Source: Candidatus Poribacteria bacterium
Lineage (GTDB): Bacteria > Poribacteria > WGA-4E > WGA-3G
Assembly: GCA_965205025.1 (NCBI GenBank)
Contig: CBDBFU010000012.1
Location: 320,001-384,000, forward strand
DNA length: 64,000 nt
Direction: 5' to 3'
Shown in pieces: positions 41,234 to 51,729 of this stretch. The translations under genes were made by a program, and so were the position numbers. The notes under the pieces are model-generated. The model made no database searches. It saw only the letters and a program-made list of their open reading frames with translations, and was not told the DNA's origin. How positions within the stretch are numbered: the first letter of the stretch is position 1; each line of letters starts with the position of its first letter.

Positions 41234-42229
41234 CTAAAGTGAATCAATACTGTTTCTGAATGCAGCTATGTGATTGGGAGTTGTTCCGCAACATCCACCA
41301 ATAAAATATGCACCAGAATCTATTAGTTTAGGCACATATTTTGCCATATCCTCTGGTGTTTGGGTATATACAGTTTTATAATCTTCATCAAGAATAGGCA
41401 TTCCAGCGTTTGGATAAGCCATCATCTTTTTACTATTTATATCCATATTTATCATTGCATTTCTAAGTTGTTCTGTCCCCTTAATTGCGTAAGGCATGCC
41501 AGTATGTTCATCATGTTTAGATTCAGCACCACAATTTAAACCTATTATATCAACATAGTCAACAAGTGAGTCACCATTTGAAAATTCCCCACTTGATAGT
41601 ATTTCGAGTAGGTCTTGTGCACTATGTCCCCAATCAGTCTTATATATTTCTTTACCGGTACGACGTTCTTTTGTCCATTTATAGGTTAAATTAACGGCTA
41701 TTGGTAGACCTGTTTCTCTTGCTATATCAACAGCAATTGCAGCTTCTTTAGCAGAGAACATTGTTTCTAAACATAGAAAATCAACCCCTTCATCTGCAAG
41801 CGTATTGATAACAAGTTTATGAGCTTCACGAACTTTGTCATTCGCTATTCCGAATGTAGTATCTCCACTGTCTGCCTCAATTGCACCAGGAGATGGTCCT
41901 ACTGAACCAGAGATATACACTGGTTTATTAGTTTTTTCTACAGCAGACTTGGCATGCTGAACTGCAAGTCGTGTTAAGCGTTTAGCATCAGATACATTTT
42001 GACCTGACATTTCAAGGTGTAGTGGAGAAACGACAAAAGTATTAGTTCCAATTGCATCTGCGCCAGCATTAATATAATCAGTGTGTATAGCAACAACATC
42101 ATCAGGATTTGATTCATTTGCTAACGCACTATTTGCAAGTTGAATATCTCGAGCAAATAACTGTGAACCGAAACCACCATCATATAAAATAGGAATATCA
42201 AGATTTAAACGTTCACCAAAGTCTAACAC
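41234..42229 (-). CDS. Stand-alone homocysteine S-methyltransferase family protein (Bmt/MetH N-domain-like)
   Basis: DGGFGSQL, H..YINAGAD...TNTF, GSVGP, ETM; Zn-ligand motifs GLNCG and GGCCG; YPNAG.P. Confidence 0.9.
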   Translation of the reverse strand: MLDFGERLNLDIPILYDGGFGSQLFARDIQLANSALANESNPDDVVAIHTDYINAGADAIGTNTFVVSPLHLEMSGQNVSDAKRLTRLAVQHAKSAVEKTNKPVYISGSVGPSPGAIEADSGDTTFGIANDKVREAHKLVINTLADEGVDFLCLETMFSAKEAAIAVDIARETGLPIAVNLTYKWTKERRTGKEIYKTDWGHSAQDLLEILSSGEFSNGDSLVDYVDIIGLNCGAESKHDEHTGMPYAIKGTEQLRNAMINMDINSKKMMAYPNAGMPILDEDYKTVYTQTPEDMAKYVPKLIDSGAYFIGGCCGTTPNHIAAFRNSIDSL

Positions 42230-42246
42230 TTATTATAACTCTTTCT

Positions 42247-44151
42247 CTAACTTATATCTTTAGGCATAGGTTTAAATTGACAACCCTCAACAAATACCTC
42301 AAAAAAGTCTGGAGTTGTTTCAAGTTCAATATGCTCTATGTTTTTGACTAGTGCCTCTATTTCTTGACGTTTTTCCTTAGAAAGCAACACTGATTTTGCA
42401 CCTGCTAAGGCAGCATTACCAATTTTTTCTATACGTTTTTCAGGAATTGGTGCCAGAAACCCGATATCAATTGCCTCACCAGAATTTACATAATTTGCGA
42501 ATCCACCAGCTAAATACAGTCTGCTGATTTCATTTGGGGATACACCGAAATGTCTTAATACGATATACTGACCACAATAATTCGCAGCCTTAGCTTGTGC
42601 TAAATTACTTGCATCCTCGCGTGAGAAAGTTATCCCATATTCAGGTAAAATAGGTAATATCTTTTGTTTTTTATCGGCAAAGACACCTTTTGGATTCATC
42701 TGATTTGTACGTATCAACTCAGCCAGTAATGAAATTAATCCTGACCCACAAAATCCTTCAGGTTTTTCATCATCTATTGTACGAAAATCAATTTCACCAT
42801 TATTCAATCTAATTGATTCGATAGCTCCAGGATAGGCTGGCATACCATATTCTATGCCACCACCCTCAAATGCAGGACCTGCTGGACACGAGGCTGCAAC
42901 CATTTGGTCTTTATTACCAACAATAACTTCCGTATTTGTTCCTACATCTACTAACATGACAATATCATCTTGATTTTGCATATCTATTGCAATCAGATCT
43001 GCTGCTACATCAGCTCCAACGTGACTCGCTATTAAGGGTAAACTATAAACCATTGCCTTCGGATTAGATCTAATCCCAAGACGACGGGATTTTTCTGTTA
43101 GTGAAGTACTCATACGTAACCCATCATTAAGCTCATGTTCAATTACGGATTTGTATGGTTTTTGACCTATACTCTGAACATCATGTCTAAAGAAGATATC
43201 TCTCATTGTAGTATTGCCAGCAACCACAATTTCATAGATCTCTTGTCGAACAATATCTAATCTCTCACACATCTCCATAATTTCACTATTTAATGCAGCC
43301 AATAAAGATTTTCTCAATTCCCCTTCAAACTCTGCATCGTATGAAATACGGTGCATTATGTCACTACCACCAAAACGTTGTGGATTTTCAAATGAACTCA
43401 CAGTAACGGTCTTACCATTTTCTAAATCAACAAGATTAGCCACGACAGTTGTTGTACCAATATCTATAGCTAAACCATAGATATGTCCTCGAAATTTATC
43501 TATGGGTTCATTTTTATAATATACTATCCCATCTTGTTGGGTAACAAATGGATTGATGTGTTCTAATTTATCTTGTTCTGATGTAGTTTGGGTAAGTATT
43601 CGGGGAGAACGACGTAGTGGTGCAAATTCTATATCTTGATCAACATCAAGAACAACAGATTGGCATGCTAAACGATAGTCTTCTCTAAGGAAGGCTTCCG
43701 CCTCGTTAGGAGGTCGCAAACTATCCATACCACTTTTAATTTCCACGATACATTCATGACATTGTCCTGTACGGAAGCAGGATGTAGGAACTTGAATTGC
43801 CAAATCATCGGCATAATCGAAGACAGTTTTTCCTGGTGTTAGTTGATAAACCCTTCCGTCGCAGGAAATAGTAGCGTTAGTCTTCCCGATTAAAGTTCCT
43901 GTGGTTGGAGATTCATCTGTTTCCCATGCTGTACGGTAGTCTAATTTATCGTCACCAACACATTTTAACCCTGTACCTTCATCAATCTTACGTTGATTTC
44001 GACATCCAAATTTAGCAGTACAATGGTCATTTCTATTCTTGTATGGACAACGATATGTCGCTTGTTCATCGGCATGAACTACAAGCTCTTCAAAGATCTC
44101 AGTGATTTTGTTGAGTCGTTTTTCATACTCTTTTTTATTAACTTTTTTCAT
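42247..44151 (-). CDS. RACE/RamA-type corrinoid reductive activator ([2Fe-2S] + ASKHA ATPase)
   Basis: SC..TGQCHEC...RLACQ ferredoxin motif; AIDIGTTT, DVGTNTE, AGPAFEG, GFCGSG, LAGGF, IGNAAL. Confidence 0.9.
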   Translation of the reverse strand: MKKVNKKEYEKRLNKITEIFEELVVHADEQATYRCPYKNRNDHCTAKFGCRNQRKIDEGTGLKCVGDDKLDYRTAWETDESPTTGTLIGKTNATISCDGRVYQLTPGKTVFDYADDLAIQVPTSCFRTGQCHECIVEIKSGMDSLRPPNEAEAFLREDYRLACQSVVLDVDQDIEFAPLRRSPRILTQTTSEQDKLEHINPFVTQQDGIVYYKNEPIDKFRGHIYGLAIDIGTTTVVANLVDLENGKTVTVSSFENPQRFGGSDIMHRISYDAEFEGELRKSLLAALNSEIMEMCERLDIVRQEIYEIVVAGNTTMRDIFFRHDVQSIGQKPYKSVIEHELNDGLRMSTSLTEKSRRLGIRSNPKAMVYSLPLIASHVGADVAADLIAIDMQNQDDIVMLVDVGTNTEVIVGNKDQMVAASCPAGPAFEGGGIEYGMPAYPGAIESIRLNNGEIDFRTIDDEKPEGFCGSGLISLLAELIRTNQMNPKGVFADKKQKILPILPEYGITFSREDASNLAQAKAANYCGQYIVLRHFGVSPNEISRLYLAGGFANYVNSGEAIDIGFLAPIPEKRIEKIGNAALAGAKSVLLSKEKRQEIEALVKNIEHIELETTPDFFEVFVEGCQFKPMPKDIS

Positions 44152-44167
44152 ATACTAAAGTAGGAAA

Positions 44168-44927
44168 CTACCAGTCATCATCTGTTTCTTGAAGAAATTC
44201 TTTTGCTAAAGCAACACATTCTAATGCATCTTTACCATAACCATCAGCACCCATGTCATCAGCGAATGTCTGTGTTACTGGTGCCCCACCAACCATGATC
44301 TTTACCTCTTCGCGTAAATCCTCATCAATAAATGCATCAATAGTCTTCCCCATGTTTGGCATGGTTGTTGTTAGCAATGCAGACATTCCTAATATGGGTG
44401 CTTCAAATTCCTCAACTGCATCCAAAAATTCATCTTCAGATGTATCCACTCCCAAATCATGAACCACGAATCCTGCTCCTCTTAGCATCATAATACACAG
44501 GTTTTTACCAATATCATGTAAATCCCCTTTCACTGTTCCCATTATAACAGTGCCTATAGGGTCTATCCCAGAATCTGATAGAATTGGTTCAATGTGGTTC
44601 ATTCCAGCCTTCATTGCGCGTGCACAGGCAAGAACTTCAGGAACAAATATAAAATTCTCTCTGAATTTTATACCAACGATACCCATACCTAAGATAAGAC
44701 CATCATCCATTACCTCCAGTGCTTCAATTCCCTCATCAAGTGCTTGTTCTGTTAACTCGTCAACAGAATGATGATCACCATCTATCAATGCAGCTGCAAT
44801 ATTCTGCATCTTGGACGAAGCAGCTAAAAACATATCCACAAATCTATCTTTTTTCTTCAGGTCGCTCAAGATATTCTTCAATTTCCTCTCGAATAAATTC
44901 ATTCGAGATATCACTTATTGATCCCAC
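44168..44927 (-). CDS. Corrinoid (B12-binding) methyl-carrier protein; +1 frameshift at 44849-44854
   Basis: FVPEVL, GTVKGDLHDIGKNL, SALLTTTM, MVGGAPV. AAGGAGGT RBS precedes GTG at 44927 (MGSISDISNEF...), which joins the main frame if one A is removed. Confidence 0.9.
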
Positions 44928-45041
44928 AGGTTTGGTGTACCTCCTTGAAGATATAGGATAACATACACATGATAAAATGGCAATGAAATTGAATTACAAA
45001 TGGACCATAGTGTATGTGAATTAGGAGGACATTAACAGTTT

Positions 45042-45638
45042 CTAATTCTGTATTACCATCGCAATTGCTGCTTCACGATAAAGTTGGATCTGTTCCATAT
45101 TTCGAGGAACAGCCACTTGGAGGGATTTACGTTTTCTATTAAGATCTTTAATCACTATTGGAGCCCGTAATATATTTGTCAAAGTCACAATACCGGATTC
45201 ATAATATACCCATATTCTATGTTCGGTATATGGATTAAGAACATAGGATGAAGTAATATTTTCAGATTTACCGACAATCTCAGAATATGAATCATATTTA
45301 GGTAGAACTAATTCGACTGTTTTATCATATCCTTCTAAAAAAATCTGTTCAGGAGGCATTTTTGGGGTATACCCACTTAATTTACATCTATGTATTTGAA
45401 TTGGGGAACTCGACTTATTTGTCAGTTGAAGAGATATTATGATTGCCAGTTTGTTATTGTCATCCCGATTGATAAACCATGTATCATCCTTAATTAATTC
45501 CACTGTCAGACCTGGTATTTGTTTCCATCTATAGTATAGGTATAATAAAGCTATTACACATCCTAAGCTAAGTATAAACCAATTTCCATTTGTGGATACC
45601 AGGAAATTTAGGATTTCTTTAATAGTCTGTTGTAACAC
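45042..45638 (-). CDS. Hypothetical protein with N-terminal TM anchor
   Basis: 198-aa ORF overlapping the end of tsaC; one hydrophobic segment. Confidence 0.7.
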   Translation of the reverse strand: MLQQTIKEILNFLVSTNGNWFILSLGCVIALLYLYYRWKQIPGLTVELIKDDTWFINRDDNNKLAIIISLQLTNKSSSPIQIHRCKLSGYTPKMPPEQIFLEGYDKTVELVLPKYDSYSEIVGKSENITSSYVLNPYTEHRIWVYYESGIVTLTNILRAPIVIKDLNRKRKSLQVAVPRNMEQIQLYREAAIAMVIQN

Positions 45639-46231
45639 GCTAATTCCATATTGAGTGTCTCTTCTGATATAATACCTTCACGACGTATCACTGGAGGAGA
45701 AATGGAGATATCGTATACTGTGGATGGTATAGGTCCAGGAGTCATACCATCATCAACAATATAATCCAGTTTATTGCTTAGTTCAAAACCAAAATCCTGT
45801 GGTGAGGTGGATGCAGGTTCTCCAGATAAATTTGCACTTGTAATAGCTATTGGAGCACCGAATTCATTGAGTATTTTTAGTAAGAGTATATGATTTGGGA
45901 TTCGTAATCCTACAGTATTCCGACCAGCAGTTAGTTGGGGTAATAGGTCCTTTGATTTAACAATTATTGTTAAGCCACCTGGCCAATATTTTTTTGTAAG
46001 ATGGTAGAAGTAACCAGGGATATTCTTTGCAACTTTATTAACATCATCAACTGACCCAAGTATTAAAGGTATTGGTTTTTCTTCTGGTCTACCTTTTATG
46101 GTATATAACTTCTGGATTGCATCAGCATTAGATGCATCTGCACCTAAACCATAGACAGTATCCGTAGGAATTGCAATGATACCACCAGTTCTTAAAGTGG
46201 ATACTGCCATTTGAATCCGTAAGTCAGACAT
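45608..46231 (-). CDS. tsaC: Threonylcarbamoyl-AMP synthase (YrdC/Sua5 family)
   Basis: PTDTVYGL, KGRP..KP, WPGGLT, TSANLSG; YrdC domain only. Confidence 0.92.
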   Translation of the reverse strand: MSDLRIQMAVSTLRTGGIIAIPTDTVYGLGADASNADAIQKLYTIKGRPEEKPIPLILGSVDDVNKVAKNIPGYFYHLTKKYWPGGLTIIVKSKDLLPQLTAGRNTVGLRIPNHILLLKILNEFGAPIAITSANLSGEPASTSPQDFGFELSNKLDYIVDDGMTPGPIPSTVYDISISPPVIRREGIISEETLNMELACYNRLLKKS

Positions 46232-46245
46232 AACTGTTTTGCCTT

Positions 46246-47265
46246 TTACACATCAACTAAAGCCCCATTGGCAGCAGCGTTAAGAGATAGTTTATCTTGC
46301 AGTCCTTGTTTGTGTTTTTCAAAGGCAATACCGGCAATCATAGCCCCATTATCTGTACACAATCTTATTGGTGGATAGTAGACTTTAACATCAATTTCAT
46401 CTGCAGCTGAAGTGAGTGAAGAACGCAATTGACTGTTAGCGGCAACACCACCAGTTAATGTAATTGATAAGACACTTGTTTCATTTGCGGCTTGAATAGT
46501 CTTTGCTACAAGTACATCAACTACTGCTGCTTGAAAACTTGCAGCGATATCTTTGATTATTATATCATCAATATCAGTTCCATTACTCTTTGCTTTTTCA
46601 ATAAAATATCGAACAGAGGTCTTAATTCCACTAAAACTGAACTGTGCATTCCCACTACGTAACATTGGTCGAGGAAAGTCAATTGCAGTTGGATTGCCTT
46701 CTTGAGCAAGTTCATCTATTATCCTACCCCCAGGGAAACCGAGTCCAAGATATTTAGCGACTTTATCGTAAACTTCTCCAGCTGCATCATCCTGTGTTGT
46801 ACCTATAACCCTATATTTCCACCCTTCATATACCTCTACAAGTAATGTATGTCCACCAGAGACAGTCAAACAGATATGTGGAAAAGTTATGGTTTCATGA
46901 ACCATATAATTCGCATAAATGTGTCCTTCAATATGATTTATTCCAAGTAAAGGAAGATTGTGTGAGTAAGCGAGGCTTTTTGCAGCAGCAACCCCTACAA
47001 GTAATGCCCCGATCAATCCTGGACGATTTGTAACCGCTATTGCATCTAAATCGTCAAAAGTAAGATTAGCATCATCTAAAGATCTGTTGACAATATAGTT
47101 GATTGCTTCAATGTGTTTACGCGATGCCAATTCTGGAACAACACCACCATATTCTTGATGATCTTTGATCTGAGAAGCAATAACATTTGATAAGACTTCA
47201 CGGCCATTTTCAACCACTGCAACTGCTGTTTCATCACAAGATGTATCAATTCCAAGTATTTTCAT
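46246..47265 (-). CDS. tsaD: tRNA N6-adenosine threonylcarbamoyltransferase
   Basis: GIDTSCDET, GGVVPELASRKH, NHIEGH, VSGGHT, DDAAGE..DK, CTDNGAMI. Confidence 0.97.
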   Translation of the reverse strand: MKILGIDTSCDETAVAVVENGREVLSNVIASQIKDHQEYGGVVPELASRKHIEAINYIVNRSLDDANLTFDDLDAIAVTNRPGLIGALLVGVAAAKSLAYSHNLPLLGINHIEGHIYANYMVHETITFPHICLTVSGGHTLLVEVYEGWKYRVIGTTQDDAAGEVYDKVAKYLGLGFPGGRIIDELAQEGNPTAIDFPRPMLRSGNAQFSFSGIKTSVRYFIEKAKSNGTDIDDIIIKDIAASFQAAVVDVLVAKTIQAANETSVLSITLTGGVAANSQLRSSLTSAADEIDVKVYYPPIRLCTDNGAMIAGIAFEKHKQGLQDKLSLNAAANGALVDV

Positions 47266-47300
47266 AGTTAATCTCTATCTGTAAACTTGAAAATTAAGAT

Positions 47301-47347
47301 GTCAAATATATTAGGTACGGTTACATACCGTACCTAATATATTTGAC
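47301..47347. repeat. Perfect 21-bp-stem hairpin
   Basis: GTCAAATATATTAGGTACGGT-TACAT-ACCGTACCTAATATATTTGAC between the BCCT gene and tsaD. Confidence 0.75.
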
Positions 47348-47431
47348 CATAATTACTGTTCATCATAAAGAAGTAGAACCGTATTTAACTGCTGTTGGAA
47401 CATTTCCAACTTACAGGTAAGAGAATTGAGA

Positions 47432-49075
47432 TTAAAAATCTCTTTCTTCACTCCTTAAATTCTTCAATTCTTGATTTAACCCATACAAGACACATCCCCC
47501 CATACCTAACAGGACAATTGAAAATGGGAAGCCAGTTACAAGTGATGCTGCTTGTAAAGCTGTTAAACCACCACCCAGTAATAGTGAGATAGCAACTAAC
47601 CCTTCAGCTGTACACCAAAATACGCGTTGTGGTATTGGGGCATCAACCTTCCCACCTGCAGCCATGATATCAATTATTAGTGATCCAGAATCGGAAGAGG
47701 TGACAAAAAAGATTATGGTTAATAACATACCGCAACAAGATAGCAATGTTGACCAAGGTAATCCTTTAAACATTGCATACAACGCGAGTTCAGGTTTATA
47801 TGCCTCTACTATTTCTGTTACTTCAGTGTACCCTTCTGTGAAGAATTGATGAAGTGCAGTTCCACCAAAAGTACTAAACCAAATCAAACATAATAATGTC
47901 GGCAAAAGGAGAACAAAGATAACGAATTGACGAACAGTACGTCCTTTTGAGATTCTTGCGATGAATGTACCAATGAAGGGTGCCCATGCAATCCACCATG
48001 CCCAGTAGAATGTAGTCCATCCATGTAGGAAACCAGTATCCTCACGACCAATCCAGTTACTCAGTGGAACAATCTTCATCATATAAGTTCCAAGACTTGT
48101 GAAGATACTACTGAAAATATAACTTGTTGGACCAAGTATGAATACTACTGATAATAAAATAAAAGCAAGTATTATGTTAAACTGACTCAACCTTTTGATT
48201 CCTATATTTATACCTGTCATCACGGACACAAGCGCGATAGATGTTATCACTATAATTAATAGGACCATCGAAAGAGTATTTGCAGGAATATCAAATAGGT
48301 AGTTAAGTCCAGAGGTTACTTGTTGTACTCCCAAACCAAGAGAGGTAGCAAGACCGAAAATACCAGCAAATATGGCGAATGTATCAATGACATGTCCTAT
48401 CCAACCCCATATACGATCACCAAATATTGGATAAAACGCAGATCGAATTAGGAGTGGTAATCCTCGGTTATAGGCATAAAACCCTAATGCCAATCCTACC
48501 ACACCATAAATTGCCCAACCTTGTAGTCCCCAGTGAAAAACTGTTGCAGCTAAACCCAATGAACTTGCTTTTTGTACGATTGGATCTGTGATATCAGGTA
48601 CATTTTCAGCATTATAGATAGTATCTGTGTCATAGACAGTACTTTCACCGAGTGGTGGACTCTGATAGTAGGTGACAGGTTCTAAAACACCAAAAAATAG
48701 AAGACCAATTCCTATTCCTGCTGCAAAAAGCATAGCCAACCAAGTTATGTTAGAATACTCAGGTTTTGCATCTTTTCCACCTAACCTAATTTTACCGAGG
48801 GGGGATATGGCAACAAACAAACAGAAAAGAAATACAATATTCGCAGTTCCCATAAACAACCAGTCAAGGTTGGTCGTTAACCATTTTCTTAAATTCCCAA
48901 ATAATGTGGTTGCTTGTTCTTGAAAGATCAGTGAAAAAACGATAAAAAAGACTATAGTGATACTTGAAATTACAAACACAGGTGTAAGGTAGATCTCTAA
49001 TCCGAATAATTTCTTGTACCTGCCTTCATCAATTTGATGTGGCATCTGCTGAGGTTGTTTTTCTTCTTCGTTCAT
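47432..49075 (-). CDS. BCCT family (betaine/carnitine/choline) transporter
   Basis: WLAMLFAAGIGIGL, FHWG, WTTFYWAWWIAWAPF.G.FIARISKGRT, FFVTSSDSG. Confidence 0.95.
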   Translation of the reverse strand: MNEEEKQPQQMPHQIDEGRYKKLFGLEIYLTPVFVISSITIVFFIVFSLIFQEQATTLFGNLRKWLTTNLDWLFMGTANIVFLFCLFVAISPLGKIRLGGKDAKPEYSNITWLAMLFAAGIGIGLLFFGVLEPVTYYQSPPLGESTVYDTDTIYNAENVPDITDPIVQKASSLGLAATVFHWGLQGWAIYGVVGLALGFYAYNRGLPLLIRSAFYPIFGDRIWGWIGHVIDTFAIFAGIFGLATSLGLGVQQVTSGLNYLFDIPANTLSMVLLIIVITSIALVSVMTGINIGIKRLSQFNIILAFILLSVVFILGPTSYIFSSIFTSLGTYMMKIVPLSNWIGREDTGFLHGWTTFYWAWWIAWAPFIGTFIARISKGRTVRQFVIFVLLLPTLLCLIWFSTFGGTALHQFFTEGYTEVTEIVEAYKPELALYAMFKGLPWSTLLSCCGMLLTIIFFVTSSDSGSLIIDIMAAGGKVDAPIPQRVFWCTAEGLVAISLLLGGGLTALQAASLVTGFPFSIVLLGMGGCVLYGLNQELKNLRSEERDF

Positions 49076-49144
49076 TATAAAATTCTCCTTTTAAAACTGA
49101 AGGTATCCGTAATGAGGATATATAAATATAGATAGGAAAAAGAT

Positions 49145-50416
49145 TTAGAAATAATATCCAAAATTAAAATTTAGACGCCAATGCCAACTGTTATTTCCAT
49201 TGGCACCAACATGATTTACGCCAGTAAGAATATTATTGTAATCATCGTCTGTATTCCCAACGAAGAAGTTTCCATCTGTAAGACCAAAATCACTATAAAC
49301 ATACAAAGCACTGAATAACGTCCAACTTGCACCAAGAGTTATTAGTGTACTGTTATTATAATCCTCAACAGTCTTTAGGATAGTACTCCCTTCAATATAA
49401 GGTGTAACACTATCAATCCATGAAATACTTGAGGTATCTATACCACCATATCGTAAGGATAATGCAGGTATCAATCCAGTAGATGCAACAGGCCAAGCAA
49501 AATCGTATGCCCCCATAGGTATTAGATCACCTGTATTCCATGGAGTTTCATCAGAGATATTATGTGTATAAAATGAAAATTGAGAAAAGAGTGTAAAGTC
49601 AAAGAAGGTATTTTTCATATGTCCAGATACAGCATAGTGATTACCACTATCATCCTCTCCTACATCTTCTCCAATCAACATTCCGTATTGAAGAGATAAA
49701 CCTATATCTCCGATTTGATCAATACTATAGATTGTACGTAGGTTAATTTGATGTCTTTCATCATATCCATTTTCACCGACACCCCATTCAACCTTTCCAT
49801 TACTATCAGCTTTTTCTTTCCATTTAACTATGTCATAACCATATCGTGAACTATTAAGGCTATCACCATCCGTCTGGAATTCACTACCATAAAAGTAACC
49901 TAAATCCAAGCTTAACTTTTCAAAAGTATTACTCCATCTGATTCCTATATCCGGATCATCAGCAAGACCAACATAAAAGTGTTGATCGAAAAACCAACTT
50001 GTTGACACACCATATGCAGTTGGACCAAAAGGAACTCTAACAATTCCTGCCTTCAGTGTTCCTAATTTGTCCAAATTATACCCTAACCATGCAGTGTGAA
50101 AAAAACTATACTTATCATACCATCGGTATTCAATTCTACTAATTATATTGTGATAGTCAAGATCAGAATTTAACCTAAATAATTCAAGATCCACATCTCC
50201 GATTTTCTCTCCTCTGCGATGTGGATTATCTTCATCACCGTATGTACCGTATACGTAATTGACACGCATTGCCCCACCAATCTTTATAGGACTTTTTTCA
50301 GATTCAGTTTCAGCACTAATAGGTATAACTACAAATAATAAAAAGCAAAAGATTATAATTCGCATACATATACCAATTCCCCAATTATCTCCCCAATTGA
50401 CATATAAATTATACAT
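49145..50416 (-). CDS. Putative outer-membrane porin upstream of the BCCT gene
   Basis: Signal peptide, IGGAMRVNY, amphipathic beta strands, terminal RLNFNFGYYF; true start likely M18 (MRIIIF). Confidence 0.75.
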   Translation of the reverse strand: MYNLYVNWGDNWGIGICMRIIIFCFLLFVVIPISAETESEKSPIKIGGAMRVNYVYGTYGDEDNPHRRGEKIGDVDLELFRLNSDLDYHNIISRIEYRWYDKYSFFHTAWLGYNLDKLGTLKAGIVRVPFGPTAYGVSTSWFFDQHFYVGLADDPDIGIRWSNTFEKLSLDLGYFYGSEFQTDGDSLNSSRYGYDIVKWKEKADSNGKVEWGVGENGYDERHQINLRTIYSIDQIGDIGLSLQYGMLIGEDVGEDDSGNHYAVSGHMKNTFFDFTLFSQFSFYTHNISDETPWNTGDLIPMGAYDFAWPVASTGLIPALSLRYGGIDTSSISWIDSVTPYIEGSTILKTVEDYNNSTLITLGASWTLFSALYVYSDFGLTDGNFFVGNTDDDYNNILTGVNHVGANGNNSWHWRLNFNFGYYF

Positions 50417-50866
50417 ATAAATGTACCTCTGTTTTGTAATCTACTATTATGCAATCAACAGTTTTGACATGTATTCATGAGTTTAGTTTATTCAATATGG
50501 TTTCAATTGTTATATAAATAGTTATAAATTATATGAACTTTTACAACTATCTGATATTCGTATTATATCATAACCAAACTATTCAATAAATCATAATTCA
50601 CATAGATCATGTAAAACTGTGCTGTTCATACCAATTATATGTGATAATGTATGATTATATCGAATTGAATAGGTTGAGAGTTATAAACATCAAAAATCTA
50701 AAGAACTTTATCAGAAAGTGCAACTAAAAAAGAATCTCTATCGTTTTATATTTGTTGTAAAACTCACTATATATTCTATTTTTTTGATAATGATGAATAT
50801 ACAATATAATTGATGAAAACAGAATCAAGGGTTTAAGACTATTAATTTTATAAAGGAGTCATTCTT

Positions 50867-51232
50867 ATGGGAAATCCTGTCACCTTTTTTGAAATAGCTG
50901 GAAGAGAGGGTGAGAAGTTAAATGAATTTTACACCACCGTCTTTGGTTGGAAAACAGAAATAAATCCATACGGTGGAACATTTATGATCCAGGCTGATGA
51001 TGGAATTCATGGACATATCTTTCCAGTAAGTGAAGAAATGGGATTTAACAACCATGTAACGTTGTATGTTGAAGTGGATAATTTGCAGACATCACTTGAT
51101 CAAGCAGAGAATTTAGGTGGAAAGACGATGATTCCACCGCAGGTCATTCCTGGAAATAATGGTGCTTTTGCAGTATTTCTTGATCCCAGTGGGAATTATA
51201 TCGGTCTTTATAAACAACCAGATACAAACTAA
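50867..51232 (+). CDS. VOC/glyoxalase family protein 1
   Basis: NPVTFFEI, FY..VFGW, YVEVD, LGG, F.DPSGN.IGL. Confidence 0.9.
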   Translation: MGNPVTFFEIAGREGEKLNEFYTTVFGWKTEINPYGGTFMIQADDGIHGHIFPVSEEMGFNNHVTLYVEVDNLQTSLDQAENLGGKTMIPPQVIPGNNGAFAVFLDPSGNYIGLYKQPDTN

Positions 51233-51337
51233 TTTTTAGAATTACATGCGTGTTTATTATTAAAAGATTTGAAATTATTTAATACAATACACATATTAAT
51301 AATCCACTATAAATAAACTATTGAAGGAGCAACAACT

Positions 51338-51694
51338 ATGCCTAATCCAGTAACAATCTTTGAAATAGCTGGAAAGAAAGAAGACTCACTGCCTGATTTT
51401 TATGGTACATTATTTGAATGGGACATCAATCAAGATGATGACTGTGGAAATGATGTTAACACAGGATCAGAACAAGGTATTAATGGCCATATTGTCCAAA
51501 CCACAGATGAAATGCCTATAACAAATCATGTAACTTTTTACATTCAGGTAGATGATATTCATGAATATGCCAAAAAGGTAGAAAGCCATGGTGGACAAGT
51601 GATTATGGGACCAATGTCAGTTCCTCAAGGAGAGGGTACATTCGCAATGTTCCTTGACCCATGTGGTAATTGTCTCGGTTTATTCCAATCCTAA
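51338..51694 (+). CDS. VOC/glyoxalase family protein 2
   Basis: NPVTIFEI, YIQVDD, FLDPCGNCLGL. Confidence 0.9.
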   Translation: MPNPVTIFEIAGKKEDSLPDFYGTLFEWDINQDDDCGNDVNTGSEQGINGHIVQTTDEMPITNHVTFYIQVDDIHEYAKKVESHGGQVIMGPMSVPQGEGTFAMFLDPCGNCLGLFQS

Positions 51695-51729
51695 AGTCAA
51701 TAAACAATTTCCACATCGGAGACAATGAT

